A stretch of DNA of 64,000 nucleotides from an uncultured Verrucomicrobiae bacterium (GTDB lineage Bacteria > Verrucomicrobiota > Verrucomicrobiia > Chthoniobacterales > UBA10450). The stretch covers positions 992,001-1,056,000 of the forward strand of contig CAWFGO010000001.1 of the NCBI GenBank assembly GCA_963815455.1, read 5' to 3'. This document shows, in pieces, positions 59,566 through 64,000 of this stretch. The position numbers and the translations under genes are program-made. The stretch's first letter is position 1. Each line of letters opens with the position of its first letter. The notes below the pieces were generated by a model, which made no database searches, was not told the origin of the DNA, and saw only the letters and a program-made list of their open reading frames with translations.

Positions 59566-60786
59566 ATGTTTTCCGAGACGATCGAATTGCGCGGTCATAT
59601 TATCGACTCGCTCATTCTGCCCAAGGTGCTGGACCAAATCCTCACCCGGGGCGCGAACTTCAAGATCAGCGAGATCAAGATCGGCAAGAAACGGGCCGAC
59701 CAGAGTTTTGCCCGGATCGAGGTTTCAGCCTCGACCAGCGAAGCACTCGACGAACTAATTTTGCGGCTGCGCCAGCACGGAGCGGAGGCGGCGAAGAAAA
59801 CCAATGTGCAGTTGGCCAAGGCCCCGGTGGACGGAGCTTTCCCGCGCGATTTTTACGTAACCACGAACCAGCAAACGTTTGTCCGGTTCGATGACAAGGA
59901 AATGGAAGTGCATCCGGCGATGATGGACAGTGCGATCGCGCTCGATCGAAAAAAGAAGACCGCGCGGGCGGTGAAGTTTTTCGATGTTCGCAAGGGAGAC
60001 GAGATCGTTGTCGGCCACAAGGGGATTCGCGTCGTACCGGTGCAACGCTCCACCTCGCACACGGATGTTTTTCAATTCATTAACGCGATCATCGGACCGG
60101 ACGAGCCGAAATCGGCTGTGATTCGCGAACTGGCCCGGGAATTGCAACACGCCCGCGCGGCACGGGCAAAAATTGCAATCGTCGGCGGCACGGCAATCGT
60201 CCGGACTGGCGCGGGCGAACATCTCGAACGATTGATCGAGTTAGGTTACGTCCATCGTTTATTCGCCGGAAACGCATTCGCAGTGTGCGACGTTGAGCGC
60301 GCCCTCTTCGGCACTTCGGTAGGCGTGAGCGCGGAACGCGCTTTCGAAACAGGCGGCCACGAAAATCAGATGCGCGCCATCAACATTCTTCGCGAGTCGG
60401 GCGGAATTATCGAAGCGGTTGCGAAAAAGATCGTGACCCGCGGTGTCATGCACGCCTGTGTCCGGCACAAGGTGGATATCGTTTTGACCGGCTCGATTCG
60501 GGACGACGGACCGATCCCCGGTGTCACCACCGACATCGTTAAAGCGCAAAAACTGATGCGAGACAAACTGGCCGACGTGACTCACGTGTTGCTCCTGGGC
60601 GCGTTCCAACATTCGCTGGCTGTTGCCTCGATGCTGGCGCCGAACGTGAAAACGGTTTGCGTCGATATCGATCCTTCGGCCGTGGAACGGGCGATCGAGC
60701 ATCAACCGCTACAATCGATCGGCATGGTAACGGACGTCGAACCGTTCCTGCGCGAATTGGCCGATTGCCTCGCCCGCGCTAGGTAA
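59566..60786 (+). CDS. TIGR00300 / LOR-SDH-domain protein (ornithine cyclodeaminase-like part of ArgZ/AgrE)
   Basis: L.GHIIDS, AP.DG..P..FY.TTN, GSIRDDGP.P, CVDI, VTDV..FL. Confidence 0.85.
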   Translation: MFSETIELRGHIIDSLILPKVLDQILTRGANFKISEIKIGKKRADQSFARIEVSASTSEALDELILRLRQHGAEAAKKTNVQLAKAPVDGAFPRDFYVTTNQQTFVRFDDKEMEVHPAMMDSAIALDRKKKTARAVKFFDVRKGDEIVVGHKGIRVVPVQRSTSHTDVFQFINAIIGPDEPKSAVIRELARELQHARAARAKIAIVGGTAIVRTGAGEHLERLIELGYVHRLFAGNAFAVCDVERALFGTSVGVSAERAFETGGHENQMRAINILRESGGIIEAVAKKIVTRGVMHACVRHKVDIVLTGSIRDDGPIPGVTTDIVKAQKLMRDKLADVTHVLLLGAFQHSLAVASMLAPNVKTVCVDIDPSAVERAIEHQPLQSIGMVTDVEPFLRELADCLARAR

Positions 60787-60798
60787 ATTGTCGATCTT

Positions 60799-61608
60799 AT
60801 GCGCGAGTTATTGCTTTGCCCGCCGGACCACTACGGCATCGAATACGAGATTAATCCTTGGATGAGTCGCGCCCGCGGCGCCGACGCGGAGGTCGCGCAA
60901 AAGCAGTGGAAAGGTTTGCATGACACGCTGTCAGGATTGGATTGCAAGATCCATTTGATCACGCCGCAAAAAGGATTGCCCGACATGGTCTTTACGGCCA
61001 ATGCCGGACTCACAGTCGGCAAAAAATTTATCCCGAGCAATTTTCGTCACCAGGAGCGCGCCGGCGAAGCGCCGCTTTTTGCCAAATGGATGGAACAGCA
61101 CGGTTATCAAGTCGATTGGTTGCCGGAAAATCTTTACTTCGAAGGCGAAGGCGACGCGCTTTTTGGCGGCGACGCGCTTCTTTGCGGTTACAAATTCCGG
61201 TCCGACATCCAATCACATCGAGCGGTGGCCGATATGCTCGGTTGCCTGGTCATCTCGGTGGAACTTGTCGATCCTCGCTTTTATCACCTCGATACTTGTT
61301 TTTGTCCGTTGCCGGACGGCGGAGCATTTTGGTTTCCCGAAGCATTCGATGAATACGGCCAGCGCGTAATCCGCGACCATGTGCCGGACGTGATCGACGT
61401 GCCGGCCGATGAAGCGGCGCATTTCTCGTGCAACGCCATTGTGATCGATCGGGACATTGTTTTGCCCGAAGGGGCACCCAATCTGGTAGCCACGTTGCGG
61501 GCACGCGGCTATCAATGTCACCCACTACCGATGACCGAATTCATTAAAGCCGGCGGCGCGTGCAAATGTCTCACCATGTTCATGCCGCAGCGGGCGAGCG
61601 CGGTGTAG
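60799..61608 (+). CDS. Amidinotransferase-family enzyme (arginine dihydrolase-like part of ArgZ/AgrE)
   Basis: YEINPWM, PDMVFTANAG, FEGEGD, YHLDTCF, EFIKAGGACKCLT. Confidence 0.88.
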   Translation: MRELLLCPPDHYGIEYEINPWMSRARGADAEVAQKQWKGLHDTLSGLDCKIHLITPQKGLPDMVFTANAGLTVGKKFIPSNFRHQERAGEAPLFAKWMEQHGYQVDWLPENLYFEGEGDALFGGDALLCGYKFRSDIQSHRAVADMLGCLVISVELVDPRFYHLDTCFCPLPDGGAFWFPEAFDEYGQRVIRDHVPDVIDVPADEAAHFSCNAIVIDRDIVLPEGAPNLVATLRARGYQCHPLPMTEFIKAGGACKCLTMFMPQRASAV

Positions 61609-61615
61609 AGAATGC

Positions 61616-62866
61616 CTACCGCGACCAGCTCGGCTCGGTAATTTTGCCGAGGCCGTCCAGGATCTTGTTTTTGCGACTGTTTACCGTGTCGACCAGATAA
61701 AGCGCGCCGCCCTGGGTGCAGATGATGTGGCGCGAATCGGCGCCCCAGGCTGGATTCTCGCCCGACGTCACGATGCGCGATCCGCCGCCGCCAGCATCGA
61801 CAACTGCCACTTGAAACTCGCCGCCGCCGCGAACATTGAACGCGATCTTCTTTCCGTCCGGCGACCAGTTCGGTTCCGTGCAATAACCGTGACCGGTCGA
61901 AATCGGTGAGCCGCCGCCGCCGCCGGATGAGATTCGATAAAGCTGCGGGCCATGGCCGTCATCGAACGAGTAAACAATCTCATCGCCGCTCGGCGACCAG
62001 CTCGGTCCCGATTCTACTCCGCGGGTCTTGGTCAATCTTCGCGCACTTCCGCCGCCGGCGCTTACGGTGTAAAGCTCGGGATTGCCGTCCTTGCTCACGC
62101 TCAGCGCGAGCTTCCCTCCATCGGGTGAAAACGCGGCGCCGCTGTTCGTTCCCGGGAAATTTACGATCCGATTGCGTGCACCGCTGGCCAGATCGATTAC
62201 GTAAACATCCGGGTACCCGCTCTGATAACCGGTATAGGCAATCCGGCGACCATCGGGACTGATCGAGGGATGCACGCTGATCACGCCGTCGTGCGTCATC
62301 TGACGCGCGTTCGATCCGTCGTAATCGGCCACATACACTTCCTTCTTGCCGCTTCGGGTGGCGATGAACGCGATCTTGCTCGTGGCAAAACCTTTGTTGC
62401 CGGTCAGCGTCTCGATGATGTCGTTGGCGAATCGGTGCGCATTTTCACGCGCGCTGCCGTTGTAACTTTTCGACAGCACCGTGCCGCCGCTGTGATCGAC
62501 CACTTGTCCCTCCAAATTGCCGCCGCTGGCCGACCCGCGCGCGGTGTAAGCGGCGTTGCCGCTCAAAATAAAGTAGCCCGAGAGTGTGAGATCGTTCTGC
62601 AATATTTTGGTCGCGGCCGATCCTTCGCCGCCTGTCAGCGTCGAGATCGTCAGATTGATCTTGTCGGCTTTGCTAACAGTGATGGTCGGCGGTTCCTGCG
62701 CGAACGCCGCAGTGGACAGGATCGACAGCGCCGCAAGCATGGTGGATCGCGATCTCCGAGCGCGATGGTAAAATACAAACCGCGAAGCGGTTCCAATTTG
62801 ATCGCTGCGCGATTTTGTTCTGTCATCGTGCCCGGAGGTCACGATCCACCTCGTCAGTATTCTCAT
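61616..62866 (-). CDS. tolB: TolB-like beta-propeller protein (36-codon palindromic insert in the signal-peptide region; alternative start 62740)
   Basis: AHRFAN.I, KIAF, SPDG repeats, PSWS; follows tolA/tolR. Confidence 0.88.
   Translation of the reverse strand: MRILTRWIVTSGHDDRTKSRSDQIGTASRFVFYHRARRSRSTMLAALSILSTAAFAQEPPTITVSKADKINLTISTLTGGEGSAATKILQNDLTLSGYFILSGNAAYTARGSASGGNLEGQVVDHSGGTVLSKSYNGSARENAHRFANDIIETLTGNKGFATSKIAFIATRSGKKEVYVADYDGSNARQMTHDGVISVHPSISPDGRRIAYTGYQSGYPDVYVIDLASGARNRIVNFPGTNSGAAFSPDGGKLALSVSKDGNPELYTVSAGGGSARRLTKTRGVESGPSWSPSGDEIVYSFDDGHGPQLYRISSGGGGGSPISTGHGYCTEPNWSPDGKKIAFNVRGGGEFQVAVVDAGGGGSRIVTSGENPAWGADSRHIICTQGGALYLVDTVNSRKNKILDGLGKITEPSWSR
62742..62849. repeat. 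108-bp palindromic element inside the tolB 5' coding region
   Basis: 26-bp inverted ends GTGGATCGCGATCTCCGAGCGCGATG / CATCGTGCCCGGAGGTCACGATCCAC (4 mismatches). Confidence 0.85.
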
Positions 62867-63852
62867 TGTTCGGAGTTGAGTTCGAAATTGATTCTCACGT
62901 CGTAATGCCCGCCACTGCCGAGCCCATCCGGCAGAGGATCAACTTGAGTCACTCGTTTCGCAACCGCCGACACCGAGCCGTCCACCACCGGGTTACCCGA
63001 TGGTTTGATGACTTCAAATTGAGAAACGCTGCCGTCCTTCTCGATCCGAATCCTGACGAGCACGGAAAGTTTTTCACCGGACGAGATCTCGTTCGTGGGC
63101 TGGATCCATTCACTGTGAAACCGGTCGTGCAACATGTTTCCGTACCAGCCGAACTGTGAGGCCGCACCCCCGCCGCCCGATTTTCCTCCCGCGCCGGACG
63201 AAGTTCCCTTGCCGGTTCCGCTGTGAGCGGCAATCGCTTTCTTCGGCTTTTCGTCATCGGCATCGCTCTTTCCCAAGGCCGCCTTGGCGATCCGCTTTTT
63301 CTCAGCATCGACATCTTCCTTTTCTTCATCGTCGTCCGACTTCTCAGGAGTAGGCTTCGCCTTCGGTGTCGGTTTAGGCGACGCTTTTGCCAGAACGGTT
63401 TTTTTCGGTTTGGGTTTCGGTTTCGGCGTCGGCTTTGGGGTCGGCTTCGGCGTGGGTTTTGGCTTTGGCGTGGGTTTTGGCTTTGGCGTTTCTTTTTCTT
63501 CAGGTGTGGGCTTCGGAGTCGGTTTCGGCGTAGCCGTTGATTTCGGGGTCGGTTTGGGCGTGGCCGTTGTCAGCTGAATCTCGCTCTTTGCCGAAGCTAA
63601 GATCGGACGGTCTTCGTCCGGCTCCTCCTTTCGTTTTGCTTCGGGAGGCGGCGTGGAGACCGACTCCGGCTTGGCCGCGCTCTTGGCTTCAGCGACATCG
63701 CCATCGCCCGCGCCGCCGGTATCCATCCAGACCATGCTTTGGGGAGTTACTATTTTCGGTTCACGACTCCAGCGGATCAATCCAATCAGCAACGCCACGT
63801 GGGCGAGCCCGATAAGGACGACATTCCGCCAGAAGCGAACCTTCTTCGACAT
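62863..63852 (-). CDS. tolA: TolA/TonB-family energy transducer
   Basis: TM helix with conserved His (LAHV), (PKPT)n spacer, C-terminal W..P, I.KDG, SGN...D.S. Confidence 0.8.
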   Translation of the reverse strand: MSKKVRFWRNVVLIGLAHVALLIGLIRWSREPKIVTPQSMVWMDTGGAGDGDVAEAKSAAKPESVSTPPPEAKRKEEPDEDRPILASAKSEIQLTTATPKPTPKSTATPKPTPKPTPEEKETPKPKPTPKPKPTPKPTPKPTPKPKPKPKKTVLAKASPKPTPKAKPTPEKSDDDEEKEDVDAEKKRIAKAALGKSDADDEKPKKAIAAHSGTGKGTSSGAGGKSGGGGAASQFGWYGNMLHDRFHSEWIQPTNEISSGEKLSVLVRIRIEKDGSVSQFEVIKPSGNPVVDGSVSAVAKRVTQVDPLPDGLGSGGHYDVRINFELNSEQ

Positions 63853-63854
63853 CG

Positions 63855-64000
63855 TTATTTCGACTCGGCTTTGGTGGCGATGCCGACCTTGGTGATTTGC
63901 GCGCCCCGCAACGCGTCCATGAGCGCGATCAACTTTTGCACGGGCAACTCGCGATCCGGCCGGATCACCACCGCCACATCAGGAGTCGTCCGTTTCAGCT
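63855..64000 (-). CDS. tolR: TolR/ExbD family protein, 3' part only
   Basis: ...[38 protein letters not shown]. Confidence 0.75.
   Translation of the reverse strand, partial: LKRTTPDVAVVIRPDRELPVQKLIALMDALRGAQITKVGIATKAESK

Noticed and set aside
63355..63565. Tandem 12-bp-like repeats here and at 37410-37455
   Set aside because: They encode the Pro/Lys/Thr spacer of TolA/TonB and a PT linker; ordinary coding repeats

Overview
64-kb bacterial chromosomal window of fairly high GC. Gene content suggests Verrucomicrobiota, probably Chthoniobacterales/Spartobacteria-like (inference). Many single-base frameshifts fall in essential genes (thyA, dnaK, groEL) and are best read as long-read assembly indels. 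Layout: (i) 1.2-18.6 kb, a cell-surface locus with five PEP-CTERM-like substrates (two ice-binding/choice-of-anchor-A-like), three paralogous membrane-anchored TPR proteins, a PilV/W/X-like minor pilin trio, sigma54-type promoters and an exosortase-EpsI-like gene; an AAA-ATPase sits inside it between two diverged copies of a convergent gene junction. (ii) 18.6-40 kb, metabolic and envelope genes (amidohydrolase, MurU/AmgK-like pair, FAD monooxygenase, Prc protease, TPR-TPR-ExbB-ExbD-ExbD, dockerin protein, thyA). (iii) 40.4-52 kb, dnaK-groES-groEL interrupted and followed by accessory cargo: a wHTH + nucleoside-deoxyribosyltransferase/TIR-like gene, a trypsin-like protease plus a three-gene module ending in an ADP-ribosyltransferase-like ORF, and a dense toxin-antitoxin array whose modules are delimited by repeats that supply promoter -35 boxes. 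(iv) 52-64 kb, POT transporter, GT87, orphan DNA methyltransferase, thiG, a split ArgZ/AgrE-like pair and tolB-tolA-tolR. Several REP/MITE-like palindrome families are scattered throughout, some inserted in frame in genes. No rRNA, tRNA, CRISPR array, integrase or transposase was recognised. All family calls come from motif recognition by eye, not database searches.
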